DNA of 64,000 nt. Source: Antedon mediterranea. Taxonomy: Eukaryota; Animalia; Echinodermata. Position 1 is the stretch's first letter; every line of letters starts with the position of its first letter. The notes under the pieces were generated by a model that saw only the letters and a program-made list of their open reading frames with translations, had not been told where the DNA came from and did no database searches. The translations under genes and the position numbers were made by a program. The DNA lies in NCBI RefSeq assembly GCF_964355755.1, contig NC_092673.1:33539648-33603647 (forward strand), written 5' to 3'. Shown one piece after another: positions 11,417-24,102 of the stretch.

Positions 11417-12218
11417 TTAAGTGATACAGAAAATTAAATAATGTTTTTTTAGATTTTAAAAGTAATTCTGTAACATTAAATACTGTTGCAACTGAAAACT
11501 AAAAGCTGAGATATTTTGTAGACGTTTAAATAAAAGAGTACAGTACAACTTTTAGCGTTTACATCATCACTGCGTGAGAGAGGGCAGCAAACATAAATTT
11601 ATTGAGGTATATTTGGGGTACGTTATGCAACACAAAAACCATGACAGGCTACATATTACGACCTCAAAATACACCTCGTCTGTGTACCACGTAAACAACA
11701 AACCCACGTTTATGATGACCGGGAATCATAAATAAAAATAGAAATGAGTAAGCCTAGCTAGTCCTATATAATCGGTCCTGAAATTGACAAATTGATTATA
11801 AAGTAAAATAGGCATATTTCTTAACTTGCGGTAAGTACTTGATATTTTTGCAAGGCCAGTTAATCTAGCTAGGCCTCTGCTGGACTAGACTGAGGCCTCA
11901 TCATATTATAAGACAATAGGCCTATCTATGGCTAGGCCTATATAACCTCTAACTAACTTCCTAACCAAACCAGGCGTATCTTTTATAGGCCTACTATACT
12001 ACTACTACCAGGCCTAGCTCCTATCTTTATTATAGTACAATGATAAAAGACCTATTTTTTATTTATTTTAAGCCTGGTATGTTAGTCAAGTGATAGTTAT
12101 GTTGCGTTATGAGAATTGTAAATGTCTGGAAGCTACAACTATATACAACATCCGCAACTTGATTAAAATTTATTTTTACCAGCAGGGAATATAGTAAGGC
12201 CGCTACAGCTAAAGCAAC

Positions 12219-12463
12219 ATGAGTGAAATACGACCAAACCTATTCTTAGGATCTCGCGGAGATGCACGCGACAACAAGCTACGGGCAATTTCAATAAGCA
12301 ATGTGTTGTCAATTGAATGGGCCAAGCCTCACCTGCCTGCCGATATTTCCAACAAATTTGTGTATGTAGATGATGACCCTGATGCGGATCTACTGAGCCT
12401 GATGCCGCAGTGTGTCCAATTCATTGAAGATTCTGTTGAAAATGGAGGCGTATTAGTTCATTG
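12219..12463 (+). CDS. DUSP12/YVH1-like dual-specificity phosphatase, coding exon 1
   Basis: MSEIRPNLFLGS..VDDDPDADLL..CVQFIE..GGVLVH+TG|gtaatt; upstream acceptor cag at ~12185 implies a non-coding 5' exon. Confidence 0.9.
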
Positions 12464-13587
12464 GTAATTCATTGCAATTTCACCACAAAATTTGACCATT
12501 CAGAAAATAGAGTTTTAAAAGGAAACCTCCGTTTGGCCACCCATATTCAAGGCTAAATTAGGGGCAATATTATAGTTTCAACACTATGACCTTTAACCCC
12601 TATTGAGGAGAAACCCTATATATATTTATAAGAAAAAATTTTTGTTGTGTTATTTTTGGTGTTCCCTTAGTATGGATTTTATTTTAATTGAGCAAACATT
12701 ATTACCATTAATGTGTTTACTAAAACTAAAACAACACATTTGGCCTGAAAAGTCATTCATAATAATAAACACTGATTAAACTCTGGAGAAAAATAAATAC
12801 ACTTTCAAAAGTATATGCCCAATTTTTTCATGTAAATTTTAATTTTTTTGATCCAACTTTTGGTAAAAGTGAAAAAACTACTATGGAACTTCGAAATCTC
12901 ATACTGTATTCAACAACAATTATTTTTTTCAGGGGGACAATATATCTTTAAAATTTGTAGTGTATTGTCATAAATTTTGTATTTTTCAAGAAATTGTCCT
13001 CCCTGAAAATTTCTTGTTTTTTTTTTCTAAAATCATATGCCATTTAAATTTTGCATAATATTTATTTACTTTGGCCAAAAATTGGATTTAAAACAATTAT
13101 TTAACTGAAAACACTGTAATTTAAAACAAAAATAATAGTCAAATTTCTATCGGACAATAGTTTTTTATTCAATTTAACCATTTATTTTGTCTTTATAAGT
13201 GAATTCATTAATTTTTTTTTTGAGAATAACAAAGTTTATTATTACTGCAAAATGTCTAATTTTATTAATCTTCGTGTTTTTGGGGGAGAATACTGTACTT
13301 CTTTAATTAAATTATTAATTTAACATTTCTTCATTGTATAAATGTACACACCACAATACATTTAAATTGAATTAGTAGTTCGAATAGAAGGTAGTATATC
13401 ATCATAGTAATTACTTTAAATGTTAAAATTGTTCATCTGTCATAGATGGAAAATAATTGATTATGAAAGCTAATAGTATTCGTTTACTTCTGACAGAAAT
13501 GACGTACTAAGCACCATTTTAATTACCTTTAATTATAAAGAGAACCGAAAAACATTGCCCACCTCTAACCTATAAAACCTGTTTCAG

Positions 13588-13701
13588 TTTTATGGGTATA
13601 TCTCGCAGTTCCACGATAGTTGCTGCTTACCTTATGAAAAACGAGAACATTTCATTTGATGACGCACTAGTTTCAATACGCAAAGCTCGACCTCAAGCCA
13701 G
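13588..13701 (+). CDS. DUSP exon 2 (catalytic loop)
   Basis: Splicing completes HCFMGISRSSTIVAAYLM (HCx5R plus AYLM motif); phase 2/2. Confidence 0.92.
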
Positions 13702-14104
13702 GTAATATATAGATATATATTGAAATTACTGTCTCTGTTCAAATCTTTAAATCTCATCCTAAAATCTGTATCCTTTCAGCATTATACTAATATTTGTAGA
13801 AGATGTTTCATCCTTGTGTCATTCACTACAGTCCTTGTGTATTATTGTGCCCTACATCTTCTAATCTATACTAACTTAACTAGTGGGTTTTTTATACATC
13901 CCAGTTTAGTAGTTAACATCTTTTAAGAATAACGAAAGTCCAAAAAAAGTAATTTATCTTTGTAGAGACGCAAGATTAGCATTAATCTTGAAACTATAAA
14001 TATTTCATTTACGCTAATGTTAGCCTTGCATCAATCTTTCAGGTTTGATGAAACTAGGCTGTATAAAATATTACAATTTATACTTTGTGTGTCTTCTTTT
14101 TCAG

Positions 14105-14223
14105 ACCTAATTTTGGATTTCGTCAGCAGTTGGATTTATTCAGAGAAATGAATTTTACCGTGGATAAAGAAAATAAGAAGTATAAAAGTCACTTATTACG
14201 AGAACTTGGACTTAATTTCCGAG
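14105..14223 (+). CDS. DUSP exon 3
   Basis: RPNFGFRQQLDLFREMNFTVDKENKKYKSHLL: the PNxGFxxQL motif plus the DUSP12-like MxxxVD....YK extension; phase 2/1. Confidence 0.9.
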
Positions 14224-14429
14224 GTAAACTAAATCAGTTCTATAAATTACTTTTACAGTCGACAAGATGTCGAAAAGCAACAATATTTATTTTTGTCAAA
14301 AATAAAAATTTCTTAATAAGGTCCTAATTGGCTCCAAGGCTTTTAGGAAAATATTTGTCTAGCCCATCTTCTGTACTCCCTTTGCTAAAGTCCTTGTTTT
14401 TATGTCTTTAATTTAATTGTGTCATGTTT

Positions 14430-14590
14430 TTAAGGAAACCCCTATTCAGCGGACACCTCTATTAATAATTGGTCACTTTACTGTGTAAGGAATAGGATAC
14501 AATATGTACAGCTCCAACTCCTATTAAAGGGAGACTCCTATTGTCCTCAGTTGGGTCTTGAAAATGTCCCTTAAATAGAGGTTCTATTGT
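14430..14590. mobile_element. Degraded Tc1/mariner-like MITE
   Basis: ggaaacccctattcagcggacacctctatt ... tgtcccttaaatagaggttctattgt form imperfect inverted ends. Confidence 0.5.
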
Positions 14591-14753
14591 TTTGACAGCA
14601 TTCAGCAGCCTATACATACATCATTCTAAGCATTCAGCTGTTAATATAAAGGTCTTTAATGAAAGGCCTAAAACAGGGTGTTGTTTTACTGTAGAAATGT
14701 ATTTTCATTTTGGTGGGTGTGGTAAACAGCAATCAATCAATCTTTTTCAATAG

Positions 14754-14845
14754 ATTTTCCTGATATAATCCAAGATGAGGTTGACTGTAGCGAAGACAAA
14801 ACCTTTTCAGAAGTTGATTTAGCTGCCATCGCAGTGGAATATGAG
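14754..14845 (+). CDS. DUSP probable exon 4
   Basis: tag|(D)FPDIIQDEVDCSEDKTFSEVDLAAIAVEYE|gtagg; phase 1/0, compatible with exon 3. Confidence 0.65.
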
Positions 14846-15175
14846 GTAGGGCTATCACAGATATTACTAGGAAAGATACCCAACTTCCACCAAATGGCTG
14901 ACATATGTGATGATTTATTTATTTATACCCCATGTGTATGGGTGCATACAGTACAAACTCCTACGTCCTTTTACTTGCAAACATCATATATTCAGATACC
15001 ATATCACAATCTATGAAAATGTCATAGAAATGCATAGAATAAAATAGTTTGTTATAGAATATTAAATTATTATTATTTCATTATTATTTATTATTAAAGA
15101 CAGAAGATTTTGTTACAAAATATAGTACAAATCAACAAATTAAACAAACATGATGCAAGAAGAAAATATAAAATC

Positions 15176-15833
15176 ATAGTCACTAGCTTCCAGGAAAGCA
15201 CAAAAGCAGACTAAGCCACTGTCACCAATTAGGTGTGTACCTCCACATAGTCACTAGCTGCCAGGAAAGCACAAAATCAGTCTAAGCCACTGTCACCAAT
15301 TAGGTGTGTACCTCCACATAGTCACTAGCTGCCAGGAAAGCACAAAATCAGTCTAAGCCACTGTCACCAATTAGGTGTGTACAGTACCTCCACATAGTGA
15401 CTAGCTGCCAGAAAAGCAGAAAAGCAGCCTAAGCCACTGTCACCAATCAGGTGTGTACCTCCACATAGTCACTAGCTGCCAGGAAAGCACAAAATCAGTC
15501 TAAGCCACTGTCACCAATTAGGTGTGTACAGTACCTCCACATAGTGACTAGCTGCCAGAAAAGCAGAAAAGCAGACTAAGCCACTGTCACCAATTAGGTG
15601 TGTACAGTACCTCCACATAGTGACTAGCTGCCAGAAAAGCACAAAATCAGTCTAAGCCACTGTCACCAATTAGGTGTGTACCTCCACATAGTCACTAGCT
15701 GCCAGGAAAGCACAAAATCAGTCTAAGCCACTGTCACCAATTAGGTGTGTACAGTACCTCCACATAGTGACTAGCTGCCAGAAAAGCAGAAAAGCAGCCT
15801 AAGCCACTGTCACCAATTAGGTGTGTACCTCCA
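15176..15833. repeat. Minisatellite, 71/76-bp unit, about 9 copies
   Basis: atagtcactagctgccaggaaagcacaaaatcagtctaagccactgtcaccaattaggtgtgtac(agtac)ctccac repeated; unit starts at 15176 and 15247. Confidence 0.95.
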
Positions 15834-16310
15834 ACCAATGATTACTAAATAAGTAGTAAACATAATATAAATAATCTAGATGATAACAAAATATATGATG
15901 TTTAAATGTTTATGGGCTAAACTTGATTAGGTTTTACTATTTTAAGAACATCTTATGTTTCATTATAGTTATTAAATGATTATGTTTTGAGATATTGTTT
16001 TTAAGAAATAGATGTGGCAACAATTCGTTTTTCAAATTTTCTTCTTTTTATACATTAATGCATTTTTGCCAACGGCTGTCATTTTGGGTCTTACTTGTTA
16101 ACTTCCATCCTGCCATCGCCAATATCGCCTTCAAGCTATCTCTAAAACGAGACAAGAAATTTCCAACTATAAAGAATACACGGAAATTCGCCCGCTAGCT
16201 TTTTATTTTAAAAAATGAAAAGAATTTTTTACCCTACAGTTTTTGATATCAAATTTTATTTGAAAATGATTTTTTCATTACAAACATTTAAATGACATTT
16301 TTTTTTTTAA

Positions 16311-16836
16311 ATATGTATTGTCCCTTTGACTAATTCCCAAAAAATAAAAAATAAAATATTTCGAAAAAAAGTGGGTTTGAAGTATCATAATACTTTCAAC
16401 AAAAATTAGGTGAAAAAAAAATCATTTAACTGAAATACAGACGTTTCTTTGTTCAAAAAATAACTTTGACTTCCAGTCAAAGTTTTTGATCAAAACATCT
16501 CATAATGCAACGCGCTTGTTTGGCTACTCTGTATGCATAATCATAAAACTTCCTCGCAATCTGTGTAAGAACACCTTCTCAACCGTGACGAGTTGTAAAC
16601 AATCCTAATTAGCATCATGCATAATGCATACTCGTGGTTTGAAATCTTTGTGTACTTTCGCTCGCGACGATTTTTCAGATGAAATGTAATCAAATTAATT
16701 TACCTGTTAATTACGTAAACTTGTTGTTTTTGGCTCGAATTTCGACTTAAAGAGAATAACTTTAGTATTACTTTGATATGGTCAATTTAGATTTAGAATA
16801 TTTTGACTTTCATTTTTTTCAAGGGACAATACATCT
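16311..16836 (-). mobile_element. Kolobok-like MITE family A copy 2 (inverted relative to 10933)
   Basis: ttaa|atatgtattgtccc ... gggacaatacatct|ttaa; interior reverse-complements 10933-11416. Confidence 0.8.
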
Positions 16837-18429
16837 TTAATGACAGGTACATTGTTGTTTAAAATTTGTTGTTAAATATGCCATTTTAATGTCACATAAT
16901 AGATATTCCCCTTGACTAAAAACTGGATTGAAAAAAATTGTCAGACAATGATTTTTAAAATTAAAATTAAATAAGTAAAATTAATGAAGTTAAAATTAAT
17001 TGTTTCATTAGTCTTATTAATAGTTTTTTTTTTTTTTTTATAGAATTTAATAACTTTATTAAAACAGCAAAATGGCCTATTTAAAGTCTAAGTTTATTAA
17101 TCTTCATTTTTCATGTTTTTAGGGACAATACATCTTTGATGTAAATAATGATTCTCAGTGATATTATTTTTTTATGTGTTTATCCTTAAAATCCCTAGGA
17201 AAGATGTCATAAAACAGACAATGTTCTTTTGTCCTTGAGATTTCAGAATTACTCATTTCCTAGCATTTAATCTATAGTACTATCTTTCAAAAAAATATGT
17301 TAATACCACTTTTAATTATAGAATGATAGATAAAAATGTCCTAATTTATGACAAGACAGGTTTACAGACTTATAGTTGGATCTTCTACAAAGCTACTGTA
17401 GGGAATACTCACTTATCAATCTATGCATTATGCAAACATTGAATATATATTCAACACAACGTTGAACACTAATGATTTTTTTTCATTTACACATTTTATT
17501 TTAATACTAAAAAGTAATGAAGTAGAATACAGTTGAATCCCCATTCAAGCTTGGTTCCCATTAGGACGCAATCCAATCACAACGCGATGCATCATCGAAC
17601 TGTTGCTTGCCATTGGTCAACTTGCGTTGCGTTTACATCCTTGCGTTGCATCATAGTGCTTAGCTTAAGTGGACACCTTGGGAATTCAAAGTTTCCCCTT
17701 AATTAACCGTTGGGTTATATAGTGAGGAATTTTACTTACTGTACTTCAAAGATAAATGCCTTTTTTGGGTTATTTATTTATCTTATTTTGCTTTTGATAT
17801 AATAATAATTTATTGAAAACTTCACTTTTACAACAGTGACACACTTTGATGATAAAGGTGCGTCCAAAGTAATAACTTAAAATAAAACAAAATAAATGTT
17901 GTGTGAAATACAGCATACAAGAATAAATAAAAGTATTAACTTAAAAATGAATCAAAATAAATGTCAAAATAATAGAATGTAGTGTGAAATTTACACTAAA
18001 AAAAAAAAATAAATAAATAAAAACAAACTTAAAAAGGATCAAATAAATAAAAATGTTTAGATACACACAAAATAAATAAATAAAATTAATTTTATGGTAT
18101 GAATGAAAATAAAACGGTGTGTGTAATACTCAACACTAAGGTATAAAATTAAACAAAGGTACTTTTTTTAATTTATATTAACACAACAGCATGTTTTGAT
18201 GTTTGTACCATTTTGTAAGTTTTAAGAGCTATGTAGTACCTAGTAAAAAAAAATGCCTTATACCCAATTCACACACACTTAGTACAAAGCTGTGAAAACA
18301 TTTCCATAAGTTACATCTTGGAACAAGTTAATGTAACATTAATGTAACACAGTGCCAATGTGTGTGTCTCTTTCTAAATATAAGTTATAACTCGGTAAGA
18401 TTACATCTCTAACAGAGATATCCATATAA

Positions 18430-18724
18430 AGGCCCTTTTACACTAGGACGATAACGATCGACGATAAATAGATAAGCATGCATTTTTCTTACGTAAAACA
18501 AAAGAAATTAGAAAGGTTTTCGTTCTAGAACTAAAGGATATACATTTATGCTGTCTTTGCTCAATCATGACGTCATTTGATTGGACATGTGAAAATATCA
18601 TTTTCATCACAGGAAGCATAGATGGTTATACTATAGTTAAAGGATAAAAAATTGTTAGATTTCTTTGTCTTATGTTTGAAAAATGCATATTGTCGATCGT
18701 TATCACCCTGGTGTAAATGGGCCT
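18430..18724. mobile_element. PIF/Harbinger-like MITE (TAA TSD)
   Basis: taa|aggcccttttacactaggacgataacgatcgac ... cgatcgttatcaccctggtgtaaatgggcct|taa; same family as 35863-36262. Confidence 0.8.
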
Positions 18725-18799
18725 TAAGAATGTATTACATTTTGTTAAGTTTGTGTGTGAATCAAGAATTACTCTACAACCTTTTATCTCTTTCCATAG

Positions 18800-18940
18800 G
18801 ATGTGTTTAGCCGATGTAGGAGTATTGCCAAAGAGAACGTTGAAAGTAGTTTTTTGGAATGGTTGGTCAGTTTGAGACAGTTTCTTAGAAAACATAGGAG
18901 AGATATATCTGACTACATGCCACTTGATGTACAAACACGG
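18800..18940 (+). CDS. DUSP probable exon 5
   Basis: Strong pyrimidine tract and tag acceptor, 47 open codons (DVFSRCRSIAKENVESSFLEWLVSLRQFLRKHRRDISDYMPLDVQTR), donor gtgagt; phase 0/0. Confidence 0.65.
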
Positions 18941-19481
18941 GTGAGTCATTTCTTTTCTTATTTGCAAAAAAAAAATGGTCAAAAAACTTAATGGCATGGT
19001 ACAATTTTCTTTATATTTCACTAAAATATAATGTTGTATATATTTATTCGAACTCTATGGTGTTTTTTTGTTGCGTTGCGTTTATTTGAGAGAGGCATTT
19101 ATTCAGAGGATGTATTTATATTTTTGGGTGTAATATGGTAACATGTATAATCTTGAATAAATATCCCTTTGATATGAAAAAATACAAAACACTAATTTCA
19201 AGAAGATAAAATATAGTAAAAATCAATATGCTGGATAAATTGTAGATAGTATCAATCAATGAATTCTACTACAAATGTGTTGTAATAGAATATTGTGTAG
19301 ATAATGCATGTGGCGGGGTGTTTATTCGAGTAAATACGGTAGTTCATTTTGAGCTATTCACATCATTGGTGATCTTATTGAACCACGTTAATTTTGTTAT
19401 CAAGATATAATCGCATTCTCAAATAAATTCTCTGAAAAATATATTGCGTTTGTAAAGTGCTTCTAAACTGCTGTCTTGCAG

Positions 19482-19612
19482 CAAAATTCAATTGAACTAG
19501 TGAGAACAGATTTACATAACATTGACGGATGTAAAATGAATCTGAATTTAGATAAATGGTGCTTAAGTGGAAAAAAAACCTTTCTGGGGTCGAGTTTAGG
19601 GAAGTTTTTAGA
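19482..19612 (+). CDS. Candidate DUSP exon 6
   Basis: ttgcag acceptor then 43 open codons (QNSIELVRTDLHNIDGCKMNLNLDKWCLSGKK...); donor ambiguous (gtgaat at 19613 versus gtaagt at 19623). Confidence 0.4.
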
Positions 19613-20307
19613 GTGAATAAAGTAAGTCCATTTCGTCAAAAAATCCTGGACATACAGTAGTAGAACATGAGGTGAAATAATACTCTGTAGATAAGTAATT
19701 TTTACTGATTGCATATGTTTCTCATTTTCACTCGACTCCCTCTCTTTTATTACTCTCGTATATTATTCTTTATTATGCAATTTTTACTACATAATTAGAA
19801 TTAATAGTAGATACTCTGATTGTTCATATCCAGCATGTTTTATTGTGATTTATATATCATTGACATGGAGCCAGTCAAATGAATTTATCTGATATCATTC
19901 CATTTGACTTCATTTACCATTCATTTGTAACGCAATTACATATACAATTCTCTAACAACACTTTTGCCAAACCAAATAATAGGAAAACTAGTACACTCGT
20001 ATTGTCGTCAGTAATTTGCCTATTTCAATCCAAATCCGCTAAATTTAGATAGAGTAGTCTGCTTAATGACTTCATTTTAATTGGATGCATTATCTGTGCC
20101 ATCTATTTGTTAGTCGCTGTGAATCGGTTAGGTCAAATTTTGTAGGTTCCAGTGCCGCGAAATTGGGCAATTATCACGTTTTCTAGCTGTAATTATTTGG
20201 CAGTCCCAGATATTTGATTGACAGTTCATACGTTTTGTTGATTTTATGTAAACAAATTATCTACTGTTATTAATAAGTGAATTAATTTTGTTGTTGTTTT
20301 ACCCTTA

Positions 20308-20514
20308 AGCGTGGTTCCCATTAAAACGCAACGCAGCGACGTATTGACGCAAAGTGCTGCATTGCTTAATCACAAGTGGGAACCGACGACGCAACAGTGC
20401 TGCAAACATCACAGGTTTGATTTCACACAGGTGGGGGCAAATACAATTATTGGAAGGACATTTTCTTATGTTGCGTAAATTGCGTTACGTTGCGTCGCTA
20501 GTGAGAACCAAGCT
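20308..20514. mobile_element. Palindromic 'ggttcccactag' MITE
   Basis: agcgtggttccca...tgagaaccaagct ends; homologous to 36911-37100 and sharing termini with copies at 17548, 32369, 40138, 43552 and 62436. Confidence 0.75.
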
Positions 20515-21734
20515 GTCAACTTTATTCTACTGAAGTAGCAAAATTTTGTTTACTCTTTAAAATCTATTAGTTTATGCAATTATTTTGCAATTTTTTTTAT
20601 TTAAATACACACCGTTTATTACAGTGACTACTTCATAAACCTCTACATTGAAACAAAATAAAATCATACATTTTACTGCAGTAAAAAATGTAGTTACTGC
20701 AGTAACCACAGTAGAAAGATTTTGACATGATTCCTTTACTGGATTTTCAATAATTTTAACAAAGAAAAATCATGAGAAAATACTTGCAAAACATAGTTTA
20801 AACCAGGGAAGAGTTAATTTAACTCTTCCCTGGCTTAAACAGAGCTGCACTATTTTGTAATACTGTATTTTAATACACTCAAAATGTTTTTTCCAGAGAA
20901 GGTCAACAACTGACCTTTCACACTTCAATTTTGTATTGCCAACTTGTATGGCCTCTTGTATGAGAAACAATAATAATACTGTCATTCTTAATTGAATAAT
21001 GTGACTATAAAAGCCAGAAAAATAGGATAAATAATATTTTGACAATAACCAATTGTGATTGCATCTAATAGGATAAAGAGATTCTGGGAGAGTAAGTACA
21101 AGGCTCTATAGGCTCCAGGAACATTTAATACAATCTTAATAAATTGAGAGAGAATTTTATTATTTTATGAATACAAATTTTTATAACATGTCTAGTACTC
21201 GCTAAACAGCCAACCTCACAGAATTTATGTTGGAGGTTTAAAACACAATTTACCTAATGAAATATTGAAAAAAAATATTAATTTTAAACCTATAATTTGA
21301 CTAATAAATATGTTAAACAATTTTTGTAATAAGATATCCTTCCTAAATATTGAAAAATATTTTTCATTTAATTTATAATTAATATAATAATCTTGGAATC
21401 TTGTTGGAATTTATGTTTAGGAATATTTGAATACCGGTATTTTTTATTGATGTTGAATTCCAAATCGGTCTCATTAATTTTTGCTGTTTTTTTTAATGAT
21501 ACAGTAATATATTTACACTTTTTTAGTAAAAGCTCTTTGAAATTCGTTTCAAATATTCAAAATGAAAATTATGTCTAGAATTTCATGAACATTGCATTTT
21601 TACTGTATATTAAATGAAGTGAAAAATCACTGTGTTGTTAATAACAAAGAGACAGAACGTTCAGTATTTCCAATATCTATATTTGTACAGCATTCAAATC
21701 TAAAATTCATGTTTTAATATTTTTAAAAGTACCA

Positions 21735-22030
21735 TTATAATATCCTGGATTTATATAGCGCCTAATGTTGTGAAACCTCTAAGCACATTATTACCCCGTT
21801 CATTTTTGCATCAAACATGGAATATGGAAACGTACTCCCATAATGCAGCTAAAATAGTAGTCTGTGCAAAGTTGTGTCTTGATCTAACCGGGTACCCATT
21901 TATACACCTGGGTGGAGAGAGGCAAACGTAAGTAAAGTATCTTGCCTAAGGATACAAGCAATGCGGCAGAGTTGGATTCGAATCGCGATCTCACGATCAG
22001 TGTCCAACGTCCATCACACTGCGCCACACA
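21735..22030 (-). mobile_element. tRNA-derived SINE with a CORE-like central domain
   Basis: Minus strand: A-box-like tggcgcagtgtg, B-box-like gattcgaatcc, then ccttaggcaagatactttac..tgcctctctccacccaggtgtataaatgggtacc, ending in gcgctatataaat. Confidence 0.75.
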
Positions 22031-22329
22031 CCCTTATTATTATTACATTTTTACTGTACTAGAGTTATTGTAGTTTTTTCAATCCTCCAATCAAATATCA
22101 AGAATCTAATCAGGTGTGTTATAAATAAATGTACTTTTCTTGAGACTTTGTGCTCTAAAGAGTCTTCCATCATAATACATGATGGGTTAAAAGGTACACA
22201 CATACATAATGTTGTCGTTTTCTATTTTAAAACCAATTACAGTTTTTTAAAATCACTGATGTGTTGGGGTCAATATATTATAAAGGAGACAATTTTAAAA
22301 CAGATAGAAGAATTGAATTGTATCATTTA

Positions 22330-22873
22330 CCCCTTTCACACCAAAAGCAAAACTCCGGAGACACCCCGGAGTTGACGCCCCGCTGTTTGGTGTGAAAGGT
22401 AAAATCAAGCAACTCCGGAGTTTAAAACTGCGGGGTTGAACAGCTGAACATTCTCCGGAGAGCGAACTGCGGGGACACCCCGGTGTTTTGGTGTGAAAGG
22501 TACCAACATCAAACTCCGGAGTGTTTCGGGTCAAAAGGTTATCCTCGCAATCAATTTTTTATTTAGTTTTATTTTAAAACACTAAATATTTGTAAAAAAT
22601 ATATAGCGGGTCTAGAAATTAATAAGTAGTATAAATAAAACATTGTTACTTCTGAGACTTTTGAAAGTAATTATTAAATTAAAAATATTATTAATTAAAA
22701 TGATTCTAATGATCGTCGCTATGTAAACAAACAAAATAGAGGGCGACATTTGCAATTTTATTTTATAAACCCTGGTGTTGCTAGGTTTGTGTGAAAGGGG
22801 TATCTCCGGAGTTTCTCGACGTTTTGAATGGTCATAAACCCTGGGGTGTCTCCGGAGTTTTGGTGTGAAAGGG
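22330..22873. mobile_element. MITE with ccctttcacaccaaaa TIRs and ctccggag subrepeats (Harbinger-like)
   Basis: ccctttcacaccaaaa..actccggagacacccc / ggggtgtctccggagttttggtgtgaaaggg are inverted. Confidence 0.75.
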
Positions 22874-24041
22874 ATATATGATTCACAGTTCTCAAGGACT
22901 TTGTTCCCTAAAGTCTTCTAGATAGGATACATGATGGGTTAACATTTCCAGACATACTCATGTGTTCATGTGACCCCTTCGCTACTTTAAATCCATAATT
23001 AAGGGGAACTTTTTTTAATCTCTCATGGCTTTATAAAAGAGGAGAAGAATAAATTGTAAAATAGATAAAAAGGCATCTTTAAAGACTATAAATATTTATA
23101 TAAAACCATACAATTTCTAATAATGATGAGCATTGTAAAAATGTCATTATGTTCATACAGTGTGTAATGACTTAGAAATTATTTATACTTTAAAAAATTA
23201 TTGATACAATATGTCAATTGAAAAATTGCTCTCTTTTTTTATGCATATTTTTCAGATGGTTTTAAAATTTTCAAATGATTTGAAATGCTAATCTTTATTG
23301 ACATTTTTCTAAAAGACCCAGTGACTTTAAAATATCAATACATCAATACATTCCTTTGAATATTGTGTAGTATGGCGGCATTATAAATATTCTTAATTAT
23401 TTTTACCTATAAAATATAATCAAATAAAATTGTACAAATTCTTGGCATCCTTCATGGGTTAAGATATATCTATGTCTAGAAAGATTACAAGACTTATACC
23501 CTTTAATGGTGCCTAGCAAAGCTCCTGAGTTTGCACACACCGGGTAGGGCACAATACAAATCTTCTGTGTTGATGCATCGGTGTGTGTAGTTTTTACTAG
23601 TTGCAAAGGGGTAATTGAGGCCGCACACCCTACAAGCTCAAATTTGTATTATTTTATTTTATCAAATGAATATTTAGGTCGATAATGCGATGAAAAAGAA
23701 ACACATAAAAACTCGAAATGAGCTTGATAAAATCATAAAATTTAATAGAAAAAAAGTCAACAAGTATAGTTTTTCAAAATATTTTGTTATATATAAATAA
23801 GACACAATTTAGTTTAATGAATATGTTAGTCAAGTATTACAACCCAGGCTTGATTATTTAAGTTAAAGAAGAACAACTATCACTCTAAATAATTTCCACT
23901 AACCTAATTTTTCATCAGCGGTAAAACAAAAACAAGCCCCATTTTTAAAAAGTCGTTCTATATGGCTTTTTTATAATGTAATAACAAAGGAATTTACCGA
24001 GTAACAATTTTCAATCAAAATTTAGTTATTTTTCTTTTTAG

Positions 24042-24102
24042 AAAATCCTTTATTGCATATTATGAATTTGGGAAAGTTGGTGCTGGAAGAATTTTCTGTT
24101 TG
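24042..24102 (+). CDS. Candidate DUSP exon 7
   Basis: T-rich acceptor ttttag, 61 nt open in two frames, donor gtatga; the phase 2/0 reading links 19612 to 32931 in frame. Confidence 0.3.

Noticed and set aside
15176-15833. CRISPR-like or tRNA tandem array (71-76 bp units)
   Set aside because: No variable spacers and no A/B boxes or cloverleaf; it is a plain minisatellite.
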